DNA from: Cyclobacteriaceae bacterium
GTDB taxonomy: Bacteria; Bacteroidota; Bacteroidia; Cytophagales; Cyclobacteriaceae
Direction: 5' to 3'
NCBI GenBank assembly: GCA_947458795.1
Contig: CANHCD010000001.1
Coordinates: 1 to 36,710, forward strand
DNA: 36,710 bases
Below, in pieces: positions 1-8,973 of this stretch. The notes beneath the pieces were generated by a model, which made no database searches, was not told where the DNA came from, and worked only from the letters and a program-made list of their open reading frames with translations. The translations under genes were made by a program, and so were the position numbers. The stretch's first letter is position 1. Each line of letters starts with the position of its first letter.

Positions 1-1
1 C

Positions 2-334
<333 letters not shown>

Positions 335-369
335 GAGCCTGCAGGGAATTTCCCTTCTTATTAAATTTC

Positions 370-398
370 AAAAAGTAGCTCAATATGAGCTACTTTTT
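370..398 (+). terminator. Intrinsic terminator after ahcY
   Basis: Perfect 13-bp inverted repeat AAAAAGTAGCTCA-ata-TGAGCTACTTTTT followed by further T-rich sequence. Confidence 0.8.
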
Positions 399-451
399 CT
401 TTTCAAATCTTCCCAAGGGATGGTATATTGAAAAAAATTAAGCGAAAGACT

Positions 452-1324
452 ATGAACTATACTGAAGGAATGCTCCGAGAAGGATCGTTGAAAGGAAAAA
501 ATATCTTGATTACGGGTGGCGGTACGGGCTTAGGCCGAGCCATGGGGGAGTATTTCTTGGAGTTGGGGGCCAACCTAGTGATTACCTCTCGAAAGCTAGA
601 GGTACTGGAAGAAACAGCCAAAGAGATGATGGCCAAATCTGGAGGCAAGGTGATTCCCGTCGTTTGTGATGTAAGAGAGATTGATCAAGTGGAAGCCATG
701 TGGGCCAGGTGCATCGCTGAATTTGGGCAAATTCATGGGGTATTGAATAATGCGGCGGGCAATTTCATCAGTCCTACCGAGCGACTTTCTGCCAACGCTT
801 TCAATACGGTCCTAGATATTGTCCTCAAGGGTACCTCGCAGGTTACGCTGACTGCTGGCAAGCATTGGATTGCAGAAAAGCAGCCTGGAGTATTTTTAAA
901 TATTGTCACCACCTATGCCTGGACAGGTTCAGGCTATGTAGTTCCTTCCGCGGCTGCAAAGGCAGGTGTTTTGGCACTTACGCGTTCGCTGGCTGTGGAA
1001 TGGGCCAAGTACGGAATCCGATCCAATGCGATCGCACCCGGACCTTTCCCTACCGAAGGCGCATGGAGTAGACTACTCCCAGGTGATCTAGTTAAGAAAT
1101 TTGACCCAGCGAAGAAGGTGCCTGTCGGAAGAGTGGGAGTACACCAGGAATTGGCCAACTTGGCAGCCTACCTGATCTCTGATTTTTCTGCTTACGTCAA
1201 TGGGGATGTAATCACGATTGATGGAGGAGAATGGCTGAAAGGTGCAGGAGAGTTTAATAATTTGGAGATGATACCCCAAGAAATGTGGGACATGATGGAG
1301 GCATCTCGCGGAAAAAAGCCCTAA
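452..1324 (+). CDS. SDR oxidoreductase, 2,4-dienoyl-CoA reductase-like
   Basis: Has TGGGTGLG, NNAAGNF and SAAAKAG (no catalytic Tyr, as in the DECR subgroup), plus EWAKYGIRSNAIAPGP. ATG 452 is preferred to TTG 428. Confidence 0.88.
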   Translation: MNYTEGMLREGSLKGKNILITGGGTGLGRAMGEYFLELGANLVITSRKLEVLEETAKEMMAKSGGKVIPVVCDVREIDQVEAMWARCIAEFGQIHGVLNNAAGNFISPTERLSANAFNTVLDIVLKGTSQVTLTAGKHWIAEKQPGVFLNIVTTYAWTGSGYVVPSAAAKAGVLALTRSLAVEWAKYGIRSNAIAPGPFPTEGAWSRLLPGDLVKKFDPAKKVPVGRVGVHQELANLAAYLISDFSAYVNGDVITIDGGEWLKGAGEFNNLEMIPQEMWDMMEASRGKKP

Positions 1325-1449
1325 GCCCCAAAGTGATTTGGGGCTATGTCAAAGCAAAATGGAAAATTAGAGGAGCCTAATCTTCCAGCTTCCGAATACC
1401 ATCCGATTGATACAACAATAATTCAATAAAGTCTCGCCAAATAAAAGAA

Positions 1450-2061
1450 ATGCAAACCCCATCCTTGAATCTGAACCGTCAGGAGTTTGGAGATCCAATC
1501 AACAAAGACAATGTCCTTACTTTGGAGGAAGCCCATGCCCTTTTAAATGAATGGGTACTGAATGAGCGCTTGAAAGTGCATATGAAGCAAGTAGGACATC
1601 TCATGAAGGAGTATGCCTTGCAAGCGGGAATGGCTGCTTCCGAAGCCCACAAGTGGCACTTGGCAGGTTTACTTCACGATGCCGATTGGGACCAATGGCC
1701 GGATCAGCATTGTCGAAAGATTATTGAAGAGCTCGAGGCAAGATCCATAGACCCTGAAATCATTCGGGCGATAGCCTGTCATGGTCCCCGTTATTTTGGG
1801 GTGGAGCCACGCACGGCGATGGATAAAATGCTCTATGCCTTTGATGAACTGAGCGGATTGGTACATGCCTACTCCTTGATGCGTCCTGAAGGTTATGCCG
1901 GGATGGAGGTGAAGGGCGTCAAAAAAAGACTTAAAGACAAAACCTTCGCTGCTCAAGTAAGCCGGGAGGATATTGATGATGCTGCGCAGCGGGCGGCAAT
2001 CCCTGTGGATGACTTGATTGCTTTTGTCGTTGCCAAGCAAGGCTTTGCTGAGCTGAGCTAA
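1450..2061 (+). CDS. HD-domain metal-dependent phosphohydrolase (COG2316-like)
   Basis: H...GLLHDADW...H...H...DELSG ligand pattern and the KKRLKDKTFAAQVSR C-terminal motif. Confidence 0.85.
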   Translation: MQTPSLNLNRQEFGDPINKDNVLTLEEAHALLNEWVLNERLKVHMKQVGHLMKEYALQAGMAASEAHKWHLAGLLHDADWDQWPDQHCRKIIEELEARSIDPEIIRAIACHGPRYFGVEPRTAMDKMLYAFDELSGLVHAYSLMRPEGYAGMEVKGVKKRLKDKTFAAQVSREDIDDAAQRAAIPVDDLIAFVVAKQGFAELS

Positions 2062-2102
2062 AAAAAATCGACCCGCAGCACACTGCGGGTCGATTTTTTT
2101 TA
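2059..2102. terminator. Bidirectional intrinsic terminator
   Basis: Perfect 20-bp inverted repeat TAAAAAAAATCGACCCGCAG-caca-CTGCGGGTCGATTTTTTTTA between convergent genes. Confidence 0.92.
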
Positions 2103-2591
2103 ATCCTCCAACTCCTGGTTGACAGGCTTGAAATTTCCTGGAGGTAAGTCTGGGCTCACTTCGGATTTTTCAAAAGGAAAAACTTCCAGAATCGAGCTTT
2201 CCGTAATGTCAGGTACCCGGAAGCTCACGAGCATGTTGTTTAGACTTTCTTGGATTCGATCGTAAGCTTGCTTCACATCTTCCGCGGTTACAATCATGTA
2301 TTGGGTTACCTTTTTTTCCTTTCCATTGTCTCCATCTGCGATCAAGTAGGTCACCTTGCATTTGTACCAGATATCTGCATCATCGTAAAAAAACACATCC
2401 ACGATGTTGCTCTTGCTGATTCCACTCACTTGAAAATCCCCTCGAATCTGTGATCCCAATCGGTCATAAAGGATCGCTTCAGCCTCGGTAAATGACACCG
2501 CATCCACCAGATATTGTTCGGAAATACTTTTCAAAAGACCCTCTTCAGTTTCTTTCGCATACTTTACTTTACATAAAAACCAAATTCTCAT
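2100..2591 (-). CDS. DUF4494 family protein
   Basis: W(F)xCKVKY...EQYLVDAVSFTEAE and the repeated WYKCKV...GKEKK pattern of this Bacteroidota family. Confidence 0.88.
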   Translation of the reverse strand: MRIWFLCKVKYAKETEEGLLKSISEQYLVDAVSFTEAEAILYDRLGSQIRGDFQVSGISKSNIVDVFFYDDADIWYKCKVTYLIADGDNGKEKKVTQYMIVTAEDVKQAYDRIQESLNNMLVSFRVPDITESSILEVFPFEKSEVSPDLPPGNFKPVNQELED

Positions 2592-2878
2592 TTCTTGCTA
2601 GTTTAAAGGTTCGAATCTACCGTATCTCTTGCAAAGTGCTGTGGAAACTTAGAAAAATATTTTAGTGTGTCCCACCAAGAGAACTCTCTAGTAAAAATCA
2701 TTGTCTTGATTCGATTAAAACAAGGATTCGAGATGAGAAGGTAGTGATGCACCAAAAAAAGAGTTAAGTTAATCTTTTGAAAAGCCTGCTCACCTCAATC
2801 TTTGGAACCTTGATTCCTTTCTTGCCACCAAGGATTGGATAGCATATGGGTTGCAAGCATTCCTTAAACCAACTGACC

Positions 2879-5134
2879 ATGTGGCAGAGTTTTGTTCGTA
2901 GTTTTCCGATACAACTTTTTATTCTTCACCTCAAGAAGAACCTTTCCTTGCTGTTGATTTGGTTGGTTTTGTTGGGCTTTGTGCTGCAGCAGTTTGGGGT
3001 TGTCCTGGGTATTCCCTATTTATTTCTAGATCCCGAATACCTGAATGAAGTCTCTTGGTTGAGTTTTTTTTGGATGGGATTGGGCTTGGCAGTATTTACC
3101 ATGACCTTCCACATGACCACCTACATCATGGATGGTTGGCGATTTTCATTTCTTGCCGTAGTGCATCGCCCCTTTATTCATTTTTGCTTCAATAATTCCC
3201 TCGTCCCCCTTATTTTTTACCTGATTTATACGGTTGAGTTTGTGCTATTTCAGTTGGCCAATGACCTCGGATCCAACTGGGAGGTCTTCCGTCTGTATCT
3301 AGGGTTTTCTTTGGGAAGCATTTTGGCCTATGGCCTACTTTTTGGCTATTTGAGCTTGACCAACAAGGGCTTTTTTATGCTCTTTTCCGAAACCATCGAC
3401 AAGCGGCTCCGAAGGGTGAGCAGAAGTACTCGGTTGAAAGTAGGAGAGGCAGACCCCTTTAATTTGGAGGGACCTTCGGTTCGTGTATTCCTAAACCTAC
3501 GGCTAAAATGGGAGCAGGTAAGGCCAGATATCTCCCGTTTTGAGAAGGCAAAGTTGCTGCGCGTTTTCCATCAAAATCACTGGAACCTTTTTTTGATTCA
3601 AGTTTTTCTGGTTTCAATAATTCTATTTCTGGGAGTTTTTAACGAACAGGAGCCGCTGCAATTCCCAGCTGCAATGAGTGCGCTGCTCTTGCTCGCCATT
3701 CTCTTGATGGCGATTGGAGGCTTGATCTTTTGGCTCCGATCATGGGCAGCCGTGGTGGTCCTGATCCTTGCATTAGGTGCAAATTTTATCTCCTCGTTTT
3801 CTTGGTTAAACAAGTCGCATCAAGCGTATGGAATGGATTATTCCATCGCTCCTGCGACCTACAACCTTTCTAGGTTGGATGACTTGACGCACCCCGATAC
3901 CTTGCAGAAAGACAAGCAGCAGGTGCTGCAGATTTTGGATCGCTGGCGTGCCAAGTTTCCGGAAGATAGCAAGCCCAAGTTGGTGCTTGTGGCGGCCAGT
4001 GGGGGTGGACAGCGGGCAGCCTTGTGGACCTTGAAGGTGCTTCAGGAACTGCATACGACTACTTCTGGGAAACTTACGCAACATTCATTTCTCTATACTG
4101 GTGCCTCTGGGGGCGTTTTAGGGGAGGCGTTCTTTCGCGAACTTTATTTGAGATCTCAGACTGACTCCAAGCTAGACCTTGGTGCTCCAGAATACCTAAA
4201 TCAATTGGCTGCGGACAATCTTAATCCTATTTTATTTAGCCTTTTAGTCAATGATCTCTTGTTTCAAACCCAAAAACTGGAATACAAAGGGAGAGTCTAT
4301 TCCAAGGATCGGGGATTTGCTTTTGAGGAGCAGCTCAACAAAAACACGAAAGGGATAATGGATAAGTCCTTGGCAGACTACAAAGAACCAGAGGCAATGG
4401 CAAAGATTCCTTTAATGCCCTTGACCACTCTCGTAGTCAATGACGGTAGAAAATTGGTGGTGTCTCCTCATTCCTTCTCATTTTTCGGTAGCAGTGCCCT
4501 TGATAGCCCCTTGCCACAAGAAAAAAAGCAGTCCATTGACTTCATGCGGTTCTTTTCTCAGCAGGACCCTGGTAATCTACGCTTTCTGACTGCCTTGCGA
4601 ATGAGTGCAACGTTTCCATTTATTACACCGAATGTGGAGCTTCCTTCCAATCCAAAAATGAAAACAATGGATACTGGTTTATCGGATAACTTCGGGATTC
4701 AAGATGCGCTTCGATTTGGCTATGTCTTTAAAGAATGGATTGGAGCCAATACTTCAGGAGTTGTGCTGATCACCATTCGTGATTCGGAAAAATCCCCTGA
4801 AATCGCTAATTCAGCATCTTCTAAAATCTTAGAAAAAATAATTACCCCCCTAAAAAATATCTATGTCAACTGGGACATGGTGCAAACTATCCACAACGAA
4901 GTGCTGTTCAATTATATGTCCGAGTCCATGCCCTTTGGCATCGAAAAAATTGAATTTGAATATGCTCCCGGGAAACTCTCTGCAGCACAGGCTTCTGAAA
5001 TATCGGGCAGTATGCAGCGTGCTTCGCTCAACTGGAGGCTGACGGCAAAGGAAAAGCGTTCCATTGTGGCCACCATCCAAACCCAGTCCAACCAAGCCGC
5101 ATTGGCTCGAGCAAGGGAGATTTTTGCTAAATGA
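2879..5134 (+). CDS. Polytopic membrane protein with C-terminal patatin/cPLA2-like phospholipase domain
   Basis: Many hydrophobic helices in the first ~320 aa, then ASGGGQRAA (oxyanion loop), TGASGG (GxSxG) and MDTG (DGG-like). Start may be 2846 or 2879. Confidence 0.78.
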   Translation: MWQSFVRSFPIQLFILHLKKNLSLLLIWLVLLGFVLQQFGVVLGIPYLFLDPEYLNEVSWLSFFWMGLGLAVFTMTFHMTTYIMDGWRFSFLAVVHRPFIHFCFNNSLVPLIFYLIYTVEFVLFQLANDLGSNWEVFRLYLGFSLGSILAYGLLFGYLSLTNKGFFMLFSETIDKRLRRVSRSTRLKVGEADPFNLEGPSVRVFLNLRLKWEQVRPDISRFEKAKLLRVFHQNHWNLFLIQVFLVSIILFLGVFNEQEPLQFPAAMSALLLLAILLMAIGGLIFWLRSWAAVVVLILALGANFISSFSWLNKSHQAYGMDYSIAPATYNLSRLDDLTHPDTLQKDKQQVLQILDRWRAKFPEDSKPKLVLVAASGGGQRAALWTLKVLQELHTTTSGKLTQHSFLYTGASGGVLGEAFFRELYLRSQTDSKLDLGAPEYLNQLAADNLNPILFSLLVNDLLFQTQKLEYKGRVYSKDRGFAFEEQLNKNTKGIMDKSLADYKEPEAMAKIPLMPLTTLVVNDGRKLVVSPHSFSFFGSSALDSPLPQEKKQSIDFMRFFSQQDPGNLRFLTALRMSATFPFITPNVELPSNPKMKTMDTGLSDNFGIQDALRFGYVFKEWIGANTSGVVLITIRDSEKSPEIANSASSKILEKIITPLKNIYVNWDMVQTIHNEVLFNYMSESMPFGIEKIEFEYAPGKLSAAQASEISGSMQRASLNWRLTAKEKRSIVATIQTQSNQAALARAREIFAK

Positions 5135-5162
5135 AAGGTGTCTGGAAGGAGCTATTCTGAAT

Positions 5163-5642
5163 TTAGTAGCCGATACCGATTTTTTTGTAGATAAAATGCA
5201 TCAGCCAAGCAGGTCCGATCATCAAAAACTGGACGTCTTTTAAAAAGGATGGTTTTTTGCCTTCAATCTTGTGTCCATAGAACTGAACGATCCAAGCCAA
5301 GACAAATACAGCGATGCTGATGTATGCCAACATACCCGGGAAATTAATCGCCAGGTAATTGGATAAAAACAAACAGAAGGCAGAAAAAAGCAACATGCCC
5401 AACGTAAGCGCAGGGGATAGCGAAATGTAATAGATCAGCATTAAGAAAAGGGTAAGTGTTGCCCAATTGGCATAATCCCCTAAAAAAGGAAGTAAGTCTG
5501 CTAAAAAACCAGTAGGAATGCTGAATACCAGCCCTACCACACTAAAGAAGATTGCAGGAACACAAAACCAGTGAATTAATTTGTTGGTTTTATTCTGATG
5601 GCTTTCGCCATATTCTAGCAGTAGTGAATCAATTTTTCTCAT
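5163..5642 (-). CDS. DUF962 / Mpo1-like membrane protein
   Basis: YGESHQNxxNxxIH, QFYGHKIEGKKPSF and IGPAW motifs with hydrophobic helices. Confidence 0.9.
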   Translation of the reverse strand: MRKIDSLLLEYGESHQNKTNKLIHWFCVPAIFFSVVGLVFSIPTGFLADLLPFLGDYANWATLTLFLMLIYYISLSPALTLGMLLFSAFCLFLSNYLAINFPGMLAYISIAVFVLAWIVQFYGHKIEGKKPSFLKDVQFLMIGPAWLMHFIYKKIGIGY

Positions 5643-5718
5643 GGATTATTGGGTTAAAATGCGGTTCTTGGAGTCACAAGTTAACCAACCAAGTTTAAAA
5701 AGTAAATTCTCTTTACCT

Positions 5719-6846
5719 ATGTTGAGTTTTTGGGAGCAAAAAAATTTTTTGCACTACGATTTAATCGTAGTTGGAGCCGGTTTTACGGGACTATCAGCTG
5801 CAATTCATTTTAAAAAGAAGCATAAAAAAGCAAAGGTGCTAGTGGTAGACCGAGGAGTTTTTCCTTCTGGAGCAAGCACCAAAAATGCAGGGTTTGCCTG
5901 TTTTGGCAGTTTGACAGAGATTTTAGATGATTTTTGGACCATGACTCCGGATGAGGTGCTCCACTTGGTTGAGAAAAGATATGCCGGTTTAAAACAGATT
6001 CGGAAAGAATTTGGAGACCAAGCACTGCGCTACCAGCACCGTAATGGCTATGAACTAATAGGTGCCGAACAGTTGGATGCATTGGAGCAGCTATCAGATA
6101 TCAATCACCTACTCCGAAAATTATTCAGTAAAGAGGTTTTTTCTCTCGTAAAAGACCCTCAGAAATTTGGATTCTCCGATACGGTGAAGGCAGTAGTCAA
6201 AAATCGTTTCGAGGGGGAGTTGGATCCTGGAGCTTATTTGAATGCACTTTGGACCAAGGCCTCTAGCCTTGGAGTACGAATCCTGACAGGACTGTCTGTG
6301 GTAGAGGTGGACCATGAAGAGGGTAGGGTATTGGCAGAAAAAAAAGATAAAAAGGAGGCTTTGGAATTTTTTGGGGAGCGCGTAGCTATTTGTACCAATG
6401 CATTTACCCAAAAATTATGGCCTTCCTCACCCTTGGAGCCGGGTAGAGGATTGATTCTTTTAAGTAAGCCAATTGACGGAGGGATTCCTTGGAAAGGAGC
6501 CTTCCACCTAGATCGAGGCTATGTATATTTTAGAGAAGTGGAGGGGCGCCTACTTTTGGGAGGGGCTCGAAACAAAGATTTCGAAAAGGAGAAAACCACC
6601 GATTTTGGTGTAAATCCTGTGATAAAGGAGCATTTGAATCGTTTGGCTCAAGAAGTAATTTTTCCTGGAAGGCCTGTGGAATGGGAAATGGAGTGGACTG
6701 GGATCATGGCTTTTGGAGCAAAAAAATCACCCATCATCCAACAGATTGGAAAGAAAACAGCAGTAGCAGTTCGGCTGGGCGGCATGGGTGTAGCCATTGG
6801 TTGGCAGGTAGGTAAGGAGGTTTCTGAACTACTTTCAGACCTGTAA
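5719..6846 (+). CDS. FAD-dependent oxidoreductase (DAO/DadA family)
   Basis: VVGAGFTGLSAA, GASTKNAG, ICTNAF, WTGIMAF and GMGVA motifs. Start MLSFWE at 5719 avoids overlap with the divergent gene. Confidence 0.88.
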   Translation: MLSFWEQKNFLHYDLIVVGAGFTGLSAAIHFKKKHKKAKVLVVDRGVFPSGASTKNAGFACFGSLTEILDDFWTMTPDEVLHLVEKRYAGLKQIRKEFGDQALRYQHRNGYELIGAEQLDALEQLSDINHLLRKLFSKEVFSLVKDPQKFGFSDTVKAVVKNRFEGELDPGAYLNALWTKASSLGVRILTGLSVVEVDHEEGRVLAEKKDKKEALEFFGERVAICTNAFTQKLWPSSPLEPGRGLILLSKPIDGGIPWKGAFHLDRGYVYFREVEGRLLLGGARNKDFEKEKTTDFGVNPVIKEHLNRLAQEVIFPGRPVEWEMEWTGIMAFGAKKSPIIQQIGKKTAVAVRLGGMGVAIGWQVGKEVSELLSDL

Positions 6847-6897
6847 TTAATTTTTTTTCTTTAGCTTCATGGCTTGTAAACTCTCGACTACAATCGA

Positions 6898-8355
6898 ATG
6901 AATAAAATACCAAAAGTCCCGAAGGTGCTCGAAGCACTTATCCCTCTGGTTTTTTTAATTACCCTCCTTGTTCTGACGATTAAAATATTTGGAACCGATG
7001 GGCTTTCAGGTTCCAATCAAATTGTATTGATTTTATCGGCCACGGTAGCAGGTTCTATCGCTGTGTTCAGATTGGGCTATACCTGGGATGCACTTCAAGA
7101 GGGTGTTGTTCGGAGTATCAGCTCTGCGATGAGCAGTATCCTCATTTTGTTTTTGATTGGAGCCTTGGCAGGAACCTGGCTACTTAGTGGCATAGTACCT
7201 GCGATGATTTATTATGGTTTGCTAGTGCTTAGTCCAACCTTGTTTTTGTTTGCAGCTTGTTTTATAAGTGCCATCGTATCTACCGCTACTGGCAGCAGCT
7301 GGACCACTGTAGCTACCGTTGGGGTAGCCTTGTTGGGAATAGGAAAAGCATTGGGATTTGAGGAAGGAATCATTGCTGGAGCCATCATCTCAGGAGCGTA
7401 TTTTGGGGACAAAATGTCTCCGTTATCCGATACCACTAACCTTGCTCCTGCGATGGCAGGTACGGATTTATTTACCCACATCCGACACATGGCCAAGACG
7501 ACCATTCCTACCATGTTGATTACGCTCATTTTATTTTTTGTGATCGGGCTCAACTACCAGACTGAAGGCAATGTGGAAGATGTGAAAACTATTTCCACCA
7601 TCATTTCAAGTACGTTTACCCTTACTCCTTGGTTATTTCTTGTGCCGGCAATCGTCATTTTTATGATTATCAAAAAAGTGCCTGCCTTGCCTGCTTTGTT
7701 GGTTGGAGCCTTGCTGGGAGGGGTATTTGCCTTGATATTTCAACCTCAGATCATTGCACGCGTGGTAGGTGAAGAGGGCTCATTCGCGTATTTAGGATTT
7801 AAAGGGGTGATGATGGCCATGTATGGGAAGATCAGCATTGTGACTGATAATGCCCTTGTCAATGAATTATTGATTACCAAAGGGATGGCAGGGATGCTCA
7901 ATACCATTTGGCTAATTGTGTGCGCCATGGTGTTTGGAGGGATCATGGAAGAAAGTGGCATGCTCAAGGTATTGGCTGAAGCTATCATCCGAAAAGTACA
8001 CCGCGTTGGGTCACTGATTGCTACCACAGCAGCTACCTGTGTTTTCTTTAATATCACCACCTCAGATCAGTATTTGGCTATTTTGGTACCCGGAAGGATG
8101 TTTGCAGATGTGTACAAAAAAAGAGGGCTGAAACCGGAAAATCTTTCCCGAACCTTAGAGGATTCTGCAACAGTGACTTCTGTATTGGTGCCTTGGAATA
8201 CCTGCGGAGCCACCCAAGCATCAGTCCTAGGTGTGGCTACCCTCGTGTATGCTCCGTATTGCTTTTTTAACATCATCAGTCCCATCATGACCATCTTGTA
8301 TGGGTATCTCAATATTGGAATCAACTATTACGACAAGGAAGAAGAGTTGGTATGA
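6898..8355 (+). CDS. nhaC: Na+/H+ antiporter, NhaC family
   Basis: TGSSWTT, IISGAYFGDKMSPLSDTTNLA, LSRTLEDSAT and LVPWNTCG motifs; polytopic membrane protein. Confidence 0.92.
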   Translation: MNKIPKVPKVLEALIPLVFLITLLVLTIKIFGTDGLSGSNQIVLILSATVAGSIAVFRLGYTWDALQEGVVRSISSAMSSILILFLIGALAGTWLLSGIVPAMIYYGLLVLSPTLFLFAACFISAIVSTATGSSWTTVATVGVALLGIGKALGFEEGIIAGAIISGAYFGDKMSPLSDTTNLAPAMAGTDLFTHIRHMAKTTIPTMLITLILFFVIGLNYQTEGNVEDVKTISTIISSTFTLTPWLFLVPAIVIFMIIKKVPALPALLVGALLGGVFALIFQPQIIARVVGEEGSFAYLGFKGVMMAMYGKISIVTDNALVNELLITKGMAGMLNTIWLIVCAMVFGGIMEESGMLKVLAEAIIRKVHRVGSLIATTAATCVFFNITTSDQYLAILVPGRMFADVYKKRGLKPENLSRTLEDSATVTSVLVPWNTCGATQASVLGVATLVYAPYCFFNIISPIMTILYGYLNIGINYYDKEEELV

Positions 8356-8951
8356 TCCCATTTAGTATAAGTAAAGAAGAAATTAGCGAGTTGCCCTTGG
8401 GCCAGTTTGAAGGCCCGATCTACCTGATCGATAAGCTAGATCAAGTGGAGGATGCGGTAGATTTTTTAGAAAATCAGCCCTTAATTGGATTTGATACAGA
8501 GACCAAGCCTTCTTTTCGGAAGGGAGAGTTCAATCATGTGTCCCTGCTCCAACTTTCCACTGCCAATCAAGCATTTGTGTTCCGACTCAATCAAATTGGG
8601 TTTCCACCTCCCTTGAGGAGCTTATTGGAAAAAGAAAATGTGCTTAAAGTAGGTGCGGCCGTACTCGATGACCTCAAGGCCCTCAAAAAGCTAAGCGATT
8701 CCTTTTACCCGCAGTCTTTTTTTGATTTGAATGATGAGTTAAAAAAAGTAGGCTTCCACAATGTAGGGGTACGAAACCTCTGTGGAATGGTCTTGAAGAT
8801 TCGTATTTCTAAGGCTGAGCAAGTATCCAATTGGGAGGCAGAAAAGCTCACCGAAAAGCAGCTCCGCTATGCTGCTACTGATGCATGGGCCTGTGTAGAG
8901 ATTTTCCAACACTTGAAAGCTGAAGGATATTTGAAAGACCTTTTGGGTTAA
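8352..8951 (+). CDS. 3'-5' exonuclease, DEDDy (WRN/RNase D-like)
   Basis: GFDTET (ExoI), DDL (ExoII) and SNWE...YAATDAW (ExoIII). ATGA overlap with nhaC. Confidence 0.9.
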   Translation: MIPFSISKEEISELPLGQFEGPIYLIDKLDQVEDAVDFLENQPLIGFDTETKPSFRKGEFNHVSLLQLSTANQAFVFRLNQIGFPPPLRSLLEKENVLKVGAAVLDDLKALKKLSDSFYPQSFFDLNDELKKVGFHNVGVRNLCGMVLKIRISKAEQVSNWEAEKLTEKQLRYAATDAWACVEIFQHLKAEGYLKDLLG

Positions 8952-8973
8952 GTGAGAGGCTAATTAGGCCCCT

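Noticed and set aside
1324-1345. Hairpin AGCCCCAAA-gtga-TTTGGGGCT after the SDR gene
   Set aside because: It lacks a T tract, so it is not called a terminator. At most it is an mRNA-stabilising stem.
2592-2878. Longest intergenic region as a possible ncRNA or riboswitch
   Set aside because: I could see no recognisable RNA motif or strong stem. It is adequately explained as a divergent promoter region.
1450-5134. HD hydrolase plus patatin as a possible CBASS- or Cas3-type defence module
   Set aside because: There is no cyclase, helicase, cas gene or array. The genes are separated by a terminator and an opposed gene in a housekeeping context.
5641-5718. Apparent head-to-head overlap of the DUF962 and FAD oxidoreductase starts
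   Set aside because: The likely start is 5719, which leaves a normal divergent spacer.
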